Below are positions 8,752 to 19,249 of a stretch of 64,000 bases of DNA, piece after piece. The notes beneath the pieces are model-generated. The model made no database searches and was not told the DNA's origin. It saw only the letters and a program-made list of their open reading frames with translations. A program made the position numbers and the translations under genes. Source of the stretch: Polyangiaceae bacterium (GTDB lineage Bacteria > Myxococcota_A > Polyangia > Polyangiales > Polyangiaceae); assembly GCA_044376115.1 (NCBI GenBank), contig JBILLK010000033.1, positions 32,001-96,000 on the forward strand, read 5' to 3'. Within the stretch, counting starts at the first letter, position 1; every line of letters starts with the position of its first letter.

Positions 8752-11700
8752 TCGTCGAGGATACCTAGCCGCTTCATCATCTTGGCCAGGCCAAAGCGGC
8801 TGATGCCCAAGGTCTTGGCGGCCTGCGTCTGATTGCCTTTGGTCGCCTCGAGCGCGGCGTGCACTAGCGTGCGCTCCACGTCGTCGAGTTGGTCGCGCAG
8901 CGTCTTGCCCGCCACCAGCCGAATCGACGCAGGATCCACCAGCGGATGGGAAGGCGAGAGGGAGCCGCTTGGTTGCGCGGTCACGTGCGCGAGATCCACG
9001 CAATCCGGCGAGAGGATCAGCGCGCGCCGAACGATGTTCTCGAGTTGCCGCACGTTGCCTGGGAACGGATGCGCTTCCATGTACGCGAGCGCCTCTTGCG
9101 TAATGCTGACGCCCTTGTTGGTAGCGTAGCGGTCGACGAAGGCGCGCACGAGTTCAGGGATGTCGGAGCGACGCTCACGTAGCGGTGGCAGCCGAATCGG
9201 TAACACGCTCAAGCGATAGAAGAGGTCCTCGCGGAAGGTCCGCTTCTCGACCAGCTCCTCGAGGTTGCGATGCGTCGCCGCGATCACCCGCACGCTCACC
9301 TTGCGCGTGCGCTCGCTGCCTACCGGCCGCACGATGCCGTCTTCGAGCACGCGGAGCAGCTTGGTTTGCATCGGTAAGCTCATCTCGCCTACCTCATCGA
9401 GGAACAGCGTACCGCCGTCAGCCGCCTCGAACAGGCCCATGCGCGAGCGGTCTGCGCCGGTGAAGGCGCCCTTCACGTGACCAAACAACGCCGACTCGAG
9501 CAGGCTGTCGGGGATGGCCGCAACGTTCTCGGAGATGAACACTTTGTCCCGGCGAGGGGAGGCTTTGTGGATGGCCGCGGCCAGTAGCTCTTTGCCCGTG
9601 CCGGACTCGCCCAACACCAGCACGTGAACCTCCGCTCGCGCCGCGCGCTCGGCGATCGAGAGGGTGCTGCGCAGGGCCTGGCTGCGACCGATGATGGCCT
9701 TGAACGGATGGTCGGCTAGCTCGCTGCGTTGGTCCGCGAGCGATCGTTCGATGGTCGAGAGTTGGGTCAGCGACTGCGACAGCTGCTCCTCGAGCGTCTT
9801 GCGCAGGTAGGCCTCTTTGCGCATGAGCCGTCGCAAGCGCGCTTCACTCATCGCCCGTGAAACCATGGCCGCGGCGAGGGTAGCGACGGTTGCGGCCCAC
9901 TCCAGCTCGTGCGGACCGAAGGTGCCTTGGCGCAGCCGATCGTCGAGGTAAGCCACCCCAATCGCTTCCCCTCGTGCGATCAATGGGACCACCAACACGC
10001 TGCGCAAGTGCAGCGCATGCACGCTCGCGTGAAGGTCGGGCAACTCGGCGATCGCGTCCATCGCCAAGACCGGCTTGCGCTGGTCGAGCGCGCGCTTGGC
10101 CAGCGTCATCGATAGTTGCAGCTGCTCTTCGCTCAGATCGCTCGCGTGAAGATTGCGCGCCGCCCGCGGTATCAGCCTGTCGTCGGGGCCGCGCAGCAGC
10201 AGGACCCCGCGTTCGGCGCGCGTCCAGGCGACCAAGGCGTCCAGCACGCCGCGCAGCAGATCGCGCAGCGAGGCTTCATTCGACAAACTGCGCACCAGCT
10301 GCTCGAGTCGGAAGTTTTGATCCGGCGTACTCGCCGAAACGGCGCTCGGGGCGGCCAGCGCTGCCACGACCCAGTCAAGCTTCTCCACCGTGCTCCGCAG
10401 ATCGCCCGCGTGCTGCAGCAACAAGGTGGCAAGCTCGGTCAAACGTCGCTGTGCTTGCCTGGCCGTATCAACAAGGCCCGCTTCGTCTGCAACCTGAGCC
10501 GCGCCGAACAGCGCCGGCGCGAGCGCTGCGACGGGGCAGTTGCGAGAGCTCTCCACCAGCTCGACAGCGAACTGGCGGGCGCGCGTGGCTTCACCTCGCT
10601 TGCGTGCGAGCTCGAGCCTCGCCGTGAGCCACTCGGCGCGCGGTCCGCTCGGCGTGTTCGGGCGTCGAGCAAACTCGTCGAGCCGATCTCGCTCGCCTTC
10701 CAGCTCCAGCGCGCCGTAACGCAGCAACCGCGCCGCTACCAGCAGTTGGTCCGGCAGCGGCAACGGCACGCGATCGAGCGAGGCCAGCCATGTTCGTGCG
10801 CCCTCGTCAGCGGCGTCAGCGAGCACGAGGTTGGCGTAGAGCTGCGCCGTTGCGTCGCCCGCCCGGATAGCGAACTCCGCCGCCTTCGTCGCAAAGAAGC
10901 GTGCGATGGCTTGGTCTCCGGCCATGCGATGGATCGCGCCCAAGTTGAGCAGCGCACGCGTCGCGCGGTCCGCTGCGCCCAGCGATTCCCAGAGCAGCCA
11001 GGCGCGCTCGGCCGCCGTTGCTGCGGCTTGCAGGTGCCCCAGCGAGGCCGCCGCGGCACCGAGGCCGGTCAAATAGGTGGCCTCCTCGACCAGGGCACCA
11101 GCGTTGGTCGCGTGCTCCGCTGCGCGCGTAAAAGCTTCCATTGCCTCCTGCGGATCGCTCGCCGCGACTACATAGCCCAAGGCGCCCCAAAGCCGCGCGC
11201 GCTGCTCGCTATCCGCTGGCACCGTAGCGCCTTCACGCAGCACGGCTCTCGCCTGCTCGAGCTCACCGCGGACAGCTCGGGCCAGCGCCAGCACCTCGAA
11301 CTCGGGAGCTGTTTCCGGTGCATTCAGCAGCCGAATCGCGGCCTCCGGATCGCCATTGTCGAAGGCGAGCCGCGCTCGTGTGGCTGCGCCGCGACTGCGT
11401 ATCTCTGCGTCGGGCGCCACCTCCGCAAGGCGCTGCAACAGCTGTTCGCACAGCGTCACATTGCCGACCCTGCGCGCGAGCTCCGCGGCCCCGGCTAGCA
11501 GCGCGCTGTCTCGCGGGCTGCGCTCGAGGCCACGCTCGATCAACACGAACGCGCGTCCCACTTGCCCCATCAAGCGAAGCGCGCGTGCGCCGGCGAGCAC
11601 CAACGCCGGGTCGTGCGCGTCGGTTACTTCGACTTGCTCGAGCGCCCAGTCCTCCGGCGGAGTTGCGCTGAGCGCCAAGGCCAACGCCGATGCCGTCGCG

Positions 11701-12881
11701 TGGTGCGTACGAACCTGCGGCGTGTGGCTCAGGTCGGCGAGAGGTTGCAACAAAGCGAGCCGCAGTTGGCGCAAACTCACGAGCTCGAACGCTGCTGCTT
11801 GTCCGAGTCGCCGAACCACCTCACACAGCTGCGCCTCGCTGATGGTCTCGAGCAGGCTGGGTTCGAGGCGGGTGGCGCGTTCACCGAAGAGCCGAACCAA
11901 AAACTCGCGCCGTTGATGCGGGCGGAGTGGCTCGAGCGGCTGAGGCGGCTGGCTACCGAGTTGGCCGCTGAACTCGCAGGCCTCAAGCAGCCACGGATGC
12001 GCTTCTGCGTGCGCACGATGGGGACCCGCGAGCGCTTCGGGATACATCGCGAGATAGGCCGTTCGTGCATGGGCCTCACGTTGCGAAGCGAGCGCAGTCT
12101 CGTTGGTCTGCGCACCATCGAGGAAATGGGCCACCCAGCTAGCGCGCGGCTTGGAACGAGCATCGTCGAGGACCAGCGCGCGCACGACGTCGCCCATCCG
12201 CCCCGGCAACTTCAGCGTCGCAAGAGCGCTCGCTGGATCGTCAAGCAACCGAAGCTCTGGCGCCACAAGCTCAGCGATCACCAGCCCAAGTGCGTGCAGA
12301 TCGCGCGTCTGCGCCGTGCCCAGTGAGGCCGCCTGCCGTGGCAAGTAGCGAGGCGTTGCACCCAGCGGGAGGTGCGTCTCACGCGGCACAGAGAGCCCAA
12401 AGTCGATCAAGAATGCGCCGCGCTCATCGAGCACGATGTTCGCGGGTTTGACGTCACCGTGGGCGAAGCCCGCGTGATGCAGCGCAGCCAAGCTATTGGC
12501 GATCTGCACCGCGGTACGCTCGGGATCGATGCTGGCCCCGTGCGCCCAAACGTTGTCCAACGTCTGGCCCACGCGATGCTCGAGCACCAACGCCGGCGCG
12601 CCGCCCTCTTGCTGCACGAGTCGCCCATCGGAGCGCGGCTCAACCTCGATCACTGCGAGCAGCGTCTGGGTGGCGGGCCCGCGCGCGCGAAAGAGGACGC
12701 GCGCCTCGTCGCGCAGCGTTCGCGCGTATGCTGGCGCGCCCAGCTTGAGCAACACCAGCGAGCCGTCGGCGGCTCGGGCCGAAATCACCCGGGCTGTGGC
12801 GCCCGCGCCAATGACGCGAAGTTCTTCGAACTCGCCGACTATTCTGCCGGCGTCGGGCACGTGGCTCCGGCGGCGATCCAC
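8733..12881 (-). CDS. Ser/Thr kinase-TPR-GAF-sigma54 AAA+-Fis HTH enhancer-binding protein
   Basis: HGDVKPAN and DFG; GAF ([15 protein letters not shown]); [41 protein letters not shown]-terminal [14 protein letters not shown]. Confidence 0.9.
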   Translation of the reverse strand: MDRRRSHVPDAGRIVGEFEELRVIGAGATARVISARAADGSLVLLKLGAPAYARTLRDEARVLFRARGPATQTLLAVIEVEPRSDGRLVQQEGGAPALVLEHRVGQTLDNVWAHGASIDPERTAVQIANSLAALHHAGFAHGDVKPANIVLDERGAFLIDFGLSVPRETHLPLGATPRYLPRQAASLGTAQTRDLHALGLVIAELVAPELRLLDDPASALATLKLPGRMGDVVRALVLDDARSKPRASWVAHFLDGAQTNETALASQREAHARTAYLAMYPEALAGPHRAHAEAHPWLLEACEFSGQLGSQPPQPLEPLRPHQRREFLVRLFGERATRLEPSLLETISEAQLCEVVRRLGQAAAFELVSLRQLRLALLQPLADLSHTPQVRTHHATASALALALSATPPEDWALEQVEVTDAHDPALVLAGARALRLMGQVGRAFVLIERGLERSPRDSALLAGAAELARRVGNVTLCEQLLQRLAEVAPDAEIRSRGAATRARLAFDNGDPEAAIRLLNAPETAPEFEVLALARAVRGELEQARAVLREGATVPADSEQRARLWGALGYVVAASDPQEAMEAFTRAAEHATNAGALVEEATYLTGLGAAAASLGHLQAAATAAERAWLLWESLGAADRATRALLNLGAIHRMAGDQAIARFFATKAAEFAIRAGDATAQLYANLVLADAADEGARTWLASLDRVPLPLPDQLLVAARLLRYGALELEGERDRLDEFARRPNTPSGPRAEWLTARLELARKRGEATRARQFAVELVESSRNCPVAALAPALFGAAQVADEAGLVDTARQAQRRLTELATLLLQHAGDLRSTVEKLDWVVAALAAPSAVSASTPDQNFRLEQLVRSLSNEASLRDLLRGVLDALVAWTRAERGVLLLRGPDDRLIPRAARNLHASDLSEEQLQLSMTLAKRALDQRKPVLAMDAIAELPDLHASVHALHLRSVLVVPLIARGEAIGVAYLDDRLRQGTFGPHELEWAATVATLAAAMVSRAMSEARLRRLMRKEAYLRKTLEEQLSQSLTQLSTIERSLADQRSELADHPFKAIIGRSQALRSTLSIAERAARAEVHVLVLGESGTGKELLAAAIHKASPRRDKVFISENVAAIPDSLLESALFGHVKGAFTGADRSRMGLFEAADGGTLFLDEVGEMSLPMQTKLLRVLEDGIVRPVGSERTRKVSVRVIAATHRNLEELVEKRTFREDLFYRLSVLPIRLPPLRERRSDIPELVRAFVDRYATNKGVSITQEALAYMEAHPFPGNVRQLENIVRRALILSPDCVDLAHVTAQPSGSLSPSHPLVDPASIRLVAGKTLRDQLDDVERTLVHAALEATKGNQTQAAKTLGISRFGLAKMMKRLGILDDHSASS

Positions 12882-13867
12882 CGCGAGATGAGCAACATCC
12901 GCTCGGCGTTCTGCTCGACATCGAGCGGGCCCGCAGCGGGCTCTGCCGCGGGCATCGGATAGCCAGTGATGAAGTTCCGCAGCCGCTCGGTTTCCCCTTC
13001 GGCGAGGTTCTCGGGATCGTATCCTTCCAAGGCCAAGGCCTTGTACAGCAGGTAACTGTTTCCCGGCGCTTGCGGCGCAATCAACGGCATGTTGGTACCA
13101 AAGTTCGCCACCGAAGTGCTTGGCGTCGTAGCGTCACCGCCGTGCTGGGTTTGGATCGCGACCCGGTTGAGCGACGCAGGCAGCGCATCCAGCTCGAGAT
13201 TGAGCCCCATCGGCGGTGCGAGCCCAGTGGTCTGATCTACGTTCGTATGGCAGGAGGTGCATCCGCTGAAAGATTGCTGCACGGGCTTGCAATCGGCGAA
13301 GGCGGCTGGGGGCAGCTCGCGCTCGGTTCCCATCGGTACGAAGCCCGTGTCGAACACGAAGGTGAGGGTGCGTTCCAGCGGTACTCCATCGAAGGCACGC
13401 AGCCCTTTGGTAATGGGGTCTGCGGTCGTGTCCTTCGGCGGGCTGAAGAGCGTCAGCCGATACTGCGTCCCGCTCTTCAGATCCTCGTTCAGGTAGATCA
13501 CGAGCGCTCGGCTGACCGGGTCGTACGTGGGGCTCGTCGACACACCCTTGCATTCGCTGATCGAGGTCGGATCGGTCGTGTCGGAGGAGAGGCAATACGA
13601 CTGTCGAATGGTCGTGCTCGGATCGAGGTAGCGGTCGAACCTAAGCTCGAGTGCGCCCTTCTCCCAAACCTTCACCCCGCTCGAGAGCTTCACCCGCTCC
13701 TTCAGGCCATCCTCGTCGAGCCCAGGGCCCGTGCTTACGAGGAAGGCCGGAATCTTCGGCGGCGGTGCATCGACTTCAAAATCCGGCCCACCAACGTCGC
13801 AGGCCGTAAGGGCCGAGAGGCCCAGCACAAAAGACAAACGGCCCGAAAATCGGGCCGTCGAATTCAC
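12839..13867 (-). CDS. lipoprotein with Ig-like domain and a monoheme planctomycete-type cytochrome c domain
   Basis: GTG start 13867; lipobox LTAC; Big_5/SbsA-like LRFDRYLDPST; CTSCH, GLNL, PGNSYLLYK, MP and WIAAGA motifs. Confidence 0.7.
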   Translation of the reverse strand: MNSTARFSGRLSFVLGLSALTACDVGGPDFEVDAPPPKIPAFLVSTGPGLDEDGLKERVKLSSGVKVWEKGALELRFDRYLDPSTTIRQSYCLSSDTTDPTSISECKGVSTSPTYDPVSRALVIYLNEDLKSGTQYRLTLFSPPKDTTADPITKGLRAFDGVPLERTLTFVFDTGFVPMGTERELPPAAFADCKPVQQSFSGCTSCHTNVDQTTGLAPPMGLNLELDALPASLNRVAIQTQHGGDATTPSTSVANFGTNMPLIAPQAPGNSYLLYKALALEGYDPENLAEGETERLRNFITGYPMPAAEPAAGPLDVEQNAERMLLISRWIAAGATCPTPAE

Positions 13868-13926
13868 ACGGGACCTTTTTTCAACGAACAGTTGAGTCAA
13901 GGCACCGAATGCTACCAGCGAGGGCT

Positions 13927-14181
13927 TCAGCTGTCGGCGTAGAGCATCAGCTGCTCCTTCACGACCTTGTCCGAAACTCCCGTTGCAATGTGGTCCTTCA
14001 GGCAGTCGGCGAGTGTCAGCAACATCTCGTCCACGCCCTTGTCCTCGATGAGCTTCGCAAGGAGTGCACGAGCTTCCCTGCCGTCGTCTTCTCGCAAAAA
14101 CTCTCGCACCGTCTCCAAGGAGATCTCCCCCTGAAAATCGAAGTACATGTTCGCGAGTAGGTATCGAACGAGCTCCTTCAC
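13927..14181 (-). CDS. small acidic helical hypothetical protein (84 aa)
   Basis: Clean ORF with AAGGAG RBS upstream and typical codon usage. Confidence 0.75.
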   Translation of the reverse strand: MKELVRYLLANMYFDFQGEISLETVREFLREDDGREARALLAKLIEDKGVDEMLLTLADCLKDHIATGVSDKVVKEQLMLYADS

Positions 14182-14224
14182 GCTTGCTCTCCTTCGCGCC
14201 CGACGGGATGCCGAGCAGGGGATC

Positions 14225-14254
14225 GCTATAGCGGCCGGGCTGGGGTAGAGGCAA
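14225..14254 (-). promoter_or_regulatory. possible sigma70-type internal promoter upstream of the 84-aa gene
   Basis: TTGCCT-N18-TATAGC on the minus strand in a 190-bp gap. Confidence 0.3.
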
Positions 14255-14370
14255 GGAATTACTTACACCCGTGTGACCATCCCGCGGAAACCCGGTCACG
14301 AAATGGTGCGCTGGCTCGTTCGTCAGGTCGGTGAGACGCTCGGTCCATCGCGTTTGGTTCGTCGGGCGAG

Positions 14371-15726
14371 TCATCGGCACTCCGAGAGATTCTTGTCACC
14401 GTTCTCGTGGCAAACCAGGCAGGGCCGCGGATTACGGGAGAAGGCGGTGCTGCAGCGCGACTCGAAGCCGGCGGGGTGGGGGTTGACGCCCCCTCCACCG
14501 TTGATGAGCCCACGGGTCGCGTGGCAGGTGGCGCAGTCCCGCTCGCTGTGGCAGGCCACGCAGGCGTTCAGGTTACGCTGGGCCTCCCATGCGTGGTGGA
14601 AGGCCGAACGCGGCGCGTAGGTCCAGGACTCCGGCGCAGGGTGGAAACGGCCGCCAGCTGGCCGGTTGTCGCTCGGCCCATCGCGCGCAACGCCCACCCG
14701 ACGATGGCAGTCGGCGCAGAAGGTCGAGAGCTGGTGGCAGCTCGTACAGCGCGGGTTGTCCAGCCTAGCCGACGTGACGTGCATCGAGATCCAATCGTTC
14801 GGATGCACCTTGCGGTTGCGAACGTTGCCGTCGTGACAGTCGGCGCAGTCCTCCTCGCGGTGGCACGACGCGCAGAACTGGCTGTCGTTCGCGGCGACGG
14901 TCTTGTGGCGGTTGATCCAGTCGGGGGTGTGGCCCGCGAGGTGCAGCCAATCGGGCGGCAGCAGTTCGCCGGTTGCAAAGTCGTTCTGGAGCTTGCCGTT
15001 CATGTCGGTCAGATGGCAGGTCGTGCAGGCTCCCTTGGCCTCGCCTTCGCTCGGTCCGCCCATCGCATGGCAATTGAAGCAACCAGCCATACGCGGCAGC
15101 TGCTCGCGCGTCGCCAGCTCGAGTTCGGCCACGTTGCCGTGGCAGTTGCCACAGTCGATGTTCCGGTCGAGGTGCTTCTTGTGATTGAACTTGAGATTGG
15201 GGGAGGGGAGCACCAAGCGCGCAACGCGCCCGTCTTTGCCTGCGTCTTCACCCACGTGGCAGAAGTTGCACTGGCCCATCTCGTCGTTCCCAGCCACCAC
15301 CTTCGATAGGTCTTTGTGGCTCACGTCGTGGCACGAGTCGCACGTGTCGGTCGGCTTGGGGAGTAGCGAGTCGGTCGATACGGAGCTCGCGTAGGCCGCC
15401 GTGTGGCACGACTTGCACGAGAGCTTCAGATCCTTGACGTGCTTCTTGTGGTTGAAGCGAATCGTGATCGATTGCGGAGGGAAGATCTCGTCGCTCGGGA
15501 CGGGGCTCTCCTTCGAGCCGGGGGGCATCCACTCCTCCGGGACCGGCGCGTCGCCCGGCATCGGTGAGAGGCCACTCGTGTAGCGTTTTTGCTCCGTGCT
15601 CGCGGGGGCCGGCGTCACGTCGGCCGACGCGAAAGAGGCGAGCAACGCAGCGAATACAGCAAATGCGAGAAGCAAGCTGAAGGGGCCGATAACCCGCTTC
15701 GAGTTCTTGGCTGAGCTGCCCATCAT
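14371..15726 (-). CDS. periplasmic 13-heme cytochrome c
   Basis: 13 CxxCH motifs counted; two FNHKKH c3/c7-like triheme modules, three paired CxxCH-x4/5-CxxCH units and a final heme; Sec signal ending ASA; ATG 15726 overlaps the upstream stop (ATGA). Confidence 0.92.
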   Translation of the reverse strand: MMGSSAKNSKRVIGPFSLLLAFAVFAALLASFASADVTPAPASTEQKRYTSGLSPMPGDAPVPEEWMPPGSKESPVPSDEIFPPQSITIRFNHKKHVKDLKLSCKSCHTAAYASSVSTDSLLPKPTDTCDSCHDVSHKDLSKVVAGNDEMGQCNFCHVGEDAGKDGRVARLVLPSPNLKFNHKKHLDRNIDCGNCHGNVAELELATREQLPRMAGCFNCHAMGGPSEGEAKGACTTCHLTDMNGKLQNDFATGELLPPDWLHLAGHTPDWINRHKTVAANDSQFCASCHREEDCADCHDGNVRNRKVHPNDWISMHVTSARLDNPRCTSCHQLSTFCADCHRRVGVARDGPSDNRPAGGRFHPAPESWTYAPRSAFHHAWEAQRNLNACVACHSERDCATCHATRGLINGGGGVNPHPAGFESRCSTAFSRNPRPCLVCHENGDKNLSECR

Positions 15727-17429
15727 CGACCCCACATCACGTCGAGTCGCGCCAGCACTCGAAAGCGTTGTCCCACTTGATCGTTGATGTTGTGTTCCCA
15801 CTCGGCACCGAGCCTCGCGAGATCCAGCGGCTTGAGCCCCGCTCCCAGCACGTACCCAAAGCTCATCAGATTGCCCTGGTCCTCGACGTTTTGCTCATTG
15901 GAGAACCCGTATAACGAAGCGCGAGCTCCGAGTGAGAAGAGGCCTCCTTCAAAGGAGCGCTCTCCCGAGACATCACCGCCTACGCGATGCCCTCGCTCCC
16001 CAAGTTGCGCCATCCCCCGCAACTCGAGGTTGCCAAGCGTGTCGCGGTAGCGCGCCACCAAGGTTCCAAGCCCGTCCACGCTGAAGCGCGTTTCTCGGTT
16101 GGCCTCGTCGCGGCTTGCCGCGAAGACGGCTTGCGCTGGGCCGTTGTTGGGCAAGCCATCCCCAACCGAATAGCGAGCTAGCCCGTCGAGACAGCGTTGC
16201 ACCTTGGCGTCCGCATCGACTGTTTCAGGGCTGTTGCGGATGGCTTCGCACTGGGCGCGCCCGAACTCGTCAGGGTCACCTTCCGTCGAGAACATCCGCG
16301 CGCCACCCTGTGCTGCAAGATCGATCTTCTTGGTCAAGCGAGCCGCGACCCTTCCCGTCGCCGTGGTGTTCGGATTGTGCGTGAACCAGTTGAAGATCGA
16401 ATCCCCATCGAAGGTCGGATGATAGTGATCGACATCGAGCCCAGCTGTCACATGCGGGCCGATATACGCTTCCAAGCCACCGAAAGCCGAGGGCACCAGC
16501 TCGTTGTAGAGGTCGTAGCTGAAGCCACCCTTCAATCCGCCGAGGTCGGTTTTCTCAATGTTGGCGGCGTACCCGATTCTGTCGCTGGAAACGCGTAGTC
16601 CGCTCACCGTCGGGTAGCCCGTCGCGGGATCCTCGAACTGTCGAGTGAACACCTCGCCGGTGTTGTACACGCGGCGGTAAGTGAGCCTGCCGTGCAGCCA
16701 GTTCGGACCAGCGCTCTCGATCGCGATGCCAAACGCCGGCGCCACGGCTGGCTGAAGGAACGACGGAAAGTCGCTCGACCGTGGTCCGGTACCGTCGTCG
16801 TTGTCGAAGCCGCTGTGATCACCTCGCCAAACGCCCTGGCTCTCATATCGCGACGTCGATAGAAAAAGTCCGCCGCGCTGTTCGAGCCCGCCGTAGGCCT
16901 CCACGTCAAAAAACGCTGGCGTGTGCAAGCGCACGAGCCCGCCGTCGAAGGACCACCAACCGAGTGCATCGGTGACGTTCTGCCGGCCTGCCCGAAAGGA
17001 AAGCCAGCCATCGGCCAGGTGCTTTCCCTCAACGTACGCCTGCATCAGGTCCATCCGAGCGGCGCTCACGCCAGGTAAGAAACGCCCGCCCCCAGCCTGG
17101 TCGAAGTCGGTCTCGGCCGCGTCCAGTCCGAAGTCTGAGTTGACCCTGAAGATCACTCGAGCGTTGTAGTCAGCCTTGCCGGGAACGAAGTCCCCTTGGA
17201 GGTGATAAAGGCTGAAACCCAGCGTCCCGAGCAGCCGCCGACGCTCCACGTCGTAGCCCCAGGGCGAGGCGACCTCATACCCCTGGAACGCCATCGTTCC
17301 GGTGAGCTCAACGTCTGCCGCGCGCGCGCGCGAAGGCGCCGCGACGCACAGCACAAGCACCCCAACCAACAACTTCTTATTTGCTGCCAAGCCGACCGCA
17401 TACTCCGCGATGCACGCGGGAACTGTCAA
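15723..17429 (-). CDS. outer-membrane beta-barrel protein (putative porin of a porin-cytochrome pair)
   Basis: Signal peptide ending ARA; many amphipathic Gly/aromatic strands; C-terminal strand RFRVLARLDVMW; true start may be TTG at 17390. Confidence 0.7.
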   Translation of the reverse strand: MTVPACIAEYAVGLAANKKLLVGVLVLCVAAPSRARAADVELTGTMAFQGYEVASPWGYDVERRRLLGTLGFSLYHLQGDFVPGKADYNARVIFRVNSDFGLDAAETDFDQAGGGRFLPGVSAARMDLMQAYVEGKHLADGWLSFRAGRQNVTDALGWWSFDGGLVRLHTPAFFDVEAYGGLEQRGGLFLSTSRYESQGVWRGDHSGFDNDDGTGPRSSDFPSFLQPAVAPAFGIAIESAGPNWLHGRLTYRRVYNTGEVFTRQFEDPATGYPTVSGLRVSSDRIGYAANIEKTDLGGLKGGFSYDLYNELVPSAFGGLEAYIGPHVTAGLDVDHYHPTFDGDSIFNWFTHNPNTTATGRVAARLTKKIDLAAQGGARMFSTEGDPDEFGRAQCEAIRNSPETVDADAKVQRCLDGLARYSVGDGLPNNGPAQAVFAASRDEANRETRFSVDGLGTLVARYRDTLGNLELRGMAQLGERGHRVGGDVSGERSFEGGLFSLGARASLYGFSNEQNVEDQGNLMSFGYVLGAGLKPLDLARLGAEWEHNINDQVGQRFRVLARLDVMWGR

Positions 17430-17490
17430 CTCGTGAACCAGCCGTTGGCGCCGATGCGGTGCAGCCGAGCGCCGGGCTCGGCGTCACAGC

Positions 17491-18240
17491 TCAGTGTCTA
17501 GAGAAGCCACCATCCGCCCCGAGGCGGTAATCGTAAACGTCCTTCATCGAAGTTCGGGCTTGCTCCAGCAACTCTTCAGGCACCTTCCAGGAGCGAGCAA
17601 CGAACCCGTCGCAGATCTTGTTCTTGATCCGAACCGACTCCTCCTCGGCCATGGCGCGAAGGATTGGCGGAATGCTCTTCGGGTTGCCTTGCGCGAAGGT
17701 CGCGGCAATGGCGTGGAAGCGCACGTTCTCGTTCACGTCCTCGAGAAAGCGCTCTGCCGCCGCTCGGACTTCATCACCGTGAACCTCCTCAAGCGCGCTC
17801 AAAACCTGCAACTTAGGTTCAACGTTTCTCGAGTACTCGGTGTCTTGTCCTTCAGCCAAGGCAAGCAGCTTCTCAATGTAGGCAGGCTCGTCGAGGATCT
17901 CTTTCAGCATCCGAAGCGGCCAGGTCAGCACCTCGGCGCGCTCGCAAAAAGCCAGAATAGCCGGCACTGCGGGCTCTCCAACCTCAATGATTCCCGCGTA
18001 AGCGGTGTCCTTCTCCTCCTGATCGGTGATCGACGGGTCGATTGAGAAGGTGAATCGCTTGAGCAACGCGGCAGCAGCCTCGGGCGTTCCCATCAGGCAA
18101 AGCTGCTGAATAGCCTCCGCACGGTCGTAGGTTTGTGCTCGCTTGTCCGCGACAACCTTCGCTGGCCCGCTCACCTTCTTTTCGGCGGAGGTAGCGGGAG
18201 GAGGCGAAGAACCCTTCTTGAGGAAATCGAAAAAGCCCAT
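17491..18240 (-). CDS. HEAT-repeat protein
   Basis: FLEDVNENVRFHAIAAT and EEESVRIK HEAT/PBS-like repeats; MGFFDFLKK amphipathic N-terminus. Confidence 0.75.
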   Translation of the reverse strand: MGFFDFLKKGSSPPPATSAEKKVSGPAKVVADKRAQTYDRAEAIQQLCLMGTPEAAAALLKRFTFSIDPSITDQEEKDTAYAGIIEVGEPAVPAILAFCERAEVLTWPLRMLKEILDEPAYIEKLLALAEGQDTEYSRNVEPKLQVLSALEEVHGDEVRAAAERFLEDVNENVRFHAIAATFAQGNPKSIPPILRAMAEEESVRIKNKICDGFVARSWKVPEELLEQARTSMKDVYDYRLGADGGFSRH

Positions 18241-18338
18241 ACGCGAAGTCCAGGGAGCTTGGGTCGGGTGTTACAAAAGCGCAAGCCCCTCGATCGACTG
18301 ACTCGAGGGGCCGCAACGTACTCAGCTTGCGCTGAGTA

Positions 18339-19238
18339 CTACTCCGAAACTTCGAGATCCGGGAACCGGAAGATGAAGTTGACGGTGATCATTGAGTTGA
18401 AGCGGAACTCGCGGTCTTCACTGTTGACCGCATTGTCCGGGAAGTCCCCATCCGGCGGCCCACCAAAGTTATCGAATCCAGCCGTATTCAGGGCGAACGG
18501 TAGACCGCGAAACTCTGCGCCGAATCCAAAGATCTTGGTCGGATAGAAGTTGAGGCCAGCACCGAACGTAGGGGCAACCGTCACTCGGCTCTCCAGGGCG
18601 TAGTTGCCCGCGCACTGCGGAAGGGCAGCTCCATCCGCGTCTTTACCGCACGCTGCTCGCTCCTGAAGCCCGACGATCGCCGGCCCGAGGAAGAAGTTGA
18701 CGTCAGTGTCGACGAAAAGCACCGAAAACAGCGAAAGCTTGCCGCGGAAGGGAACGAAGGTCACCTCAGGGGCCACGACCCACTGTAGCTTCGCGAGCTG
18801 GTCATCGAAGAGATTCCCTCGCGTAAGGTTGACAGCGGTGAGCTTGCACTCTTGGTTGTTCGGGTTTCCGTCGCAGTTACGCTCGTCGATTGCTTTCTCT
18901 TGGAGCTGGTCTGAGAGGCCAGTCGTGTACTGGAAGCCGTAGCCACCCCAGATCCCAGCGCCGAACCAGTCGGTGAAGTGATAGGAGGCACGTAGGCCCG
19001 GCATGATCGTTCGAGAGTACTCGTCCAGAAGAGTAAACGAGATACTGGGCGTCACCTCAAACCGGCCATCTCGATGAAGTCGCAACTTCCGGACAGCAGG
19101 CGCTCCGGCGAGTGGTCCGGTCAGTTGAATCTCTTGCGCCTCGGCCTCGGTAGCGGTCCCCAGGGTCAACCCCGTGAAAGCGGCCAAGCCAACAGCGCAG
19201 AGAGCGAAGGTCTTCGTTACACTTTTTGATCGCAGCAT
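18339..19238 (-). CDS. gltA: myxobacterial outer-membrane beta-barrel, GltA-like
   Basis: Signal peptide (AEA); AVRK..GRFEVTPSISFTLLDEY and VPFRGKLSLF motifs; second of a tandem pair, A/B name assigned by gene order. Confidence 0.65.
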   Translation of the reverse strand: MLRSKSVTKTFALCAVGLAAFTGLTLGTATEAEAQEIQLTGPLAGAPAVRKLRLHRDGRFEVTPSISFTLLDEYSRTIMPGLRASYHFTDWFGAGIWGGYGFQYTTGLSDQLQEKAIDERNCDGNPNNQECKLTAVNLTRGNLFDDQLAKLQWVVAPEVTFVPFRGKLSLFSVLFVDTDVNFFLGPAIVGLQERAACGKDADGAALPQCAGNYALESRVTVAPTFGAGLNFYPTKIFGFGAEFRGLPFALNTAGFDNFGGPPDGDFPDNAVNSEDREFRFNSMITVNFIFRFPDLEVSE

Positions 19239-19249
19239 CGCGCAAGACC

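Noticed and set aside
10116..11498. 460-aa plus-strand ORF
   Set aside because: Antisense shadow of the sigma54 activator, expected in high-GC DNA; no motifs
13868..14380. 5' extension of the 513-aa ORF
   Set aside because: Overlaps the better-supported 84-aa gene; the signal peptide begins at 13867
14371..17429. Naming the pair mtrA/mtrB
   Set aside because: 13 rather than 10 hemes, different spacing, smaller barrel and reversed gene order
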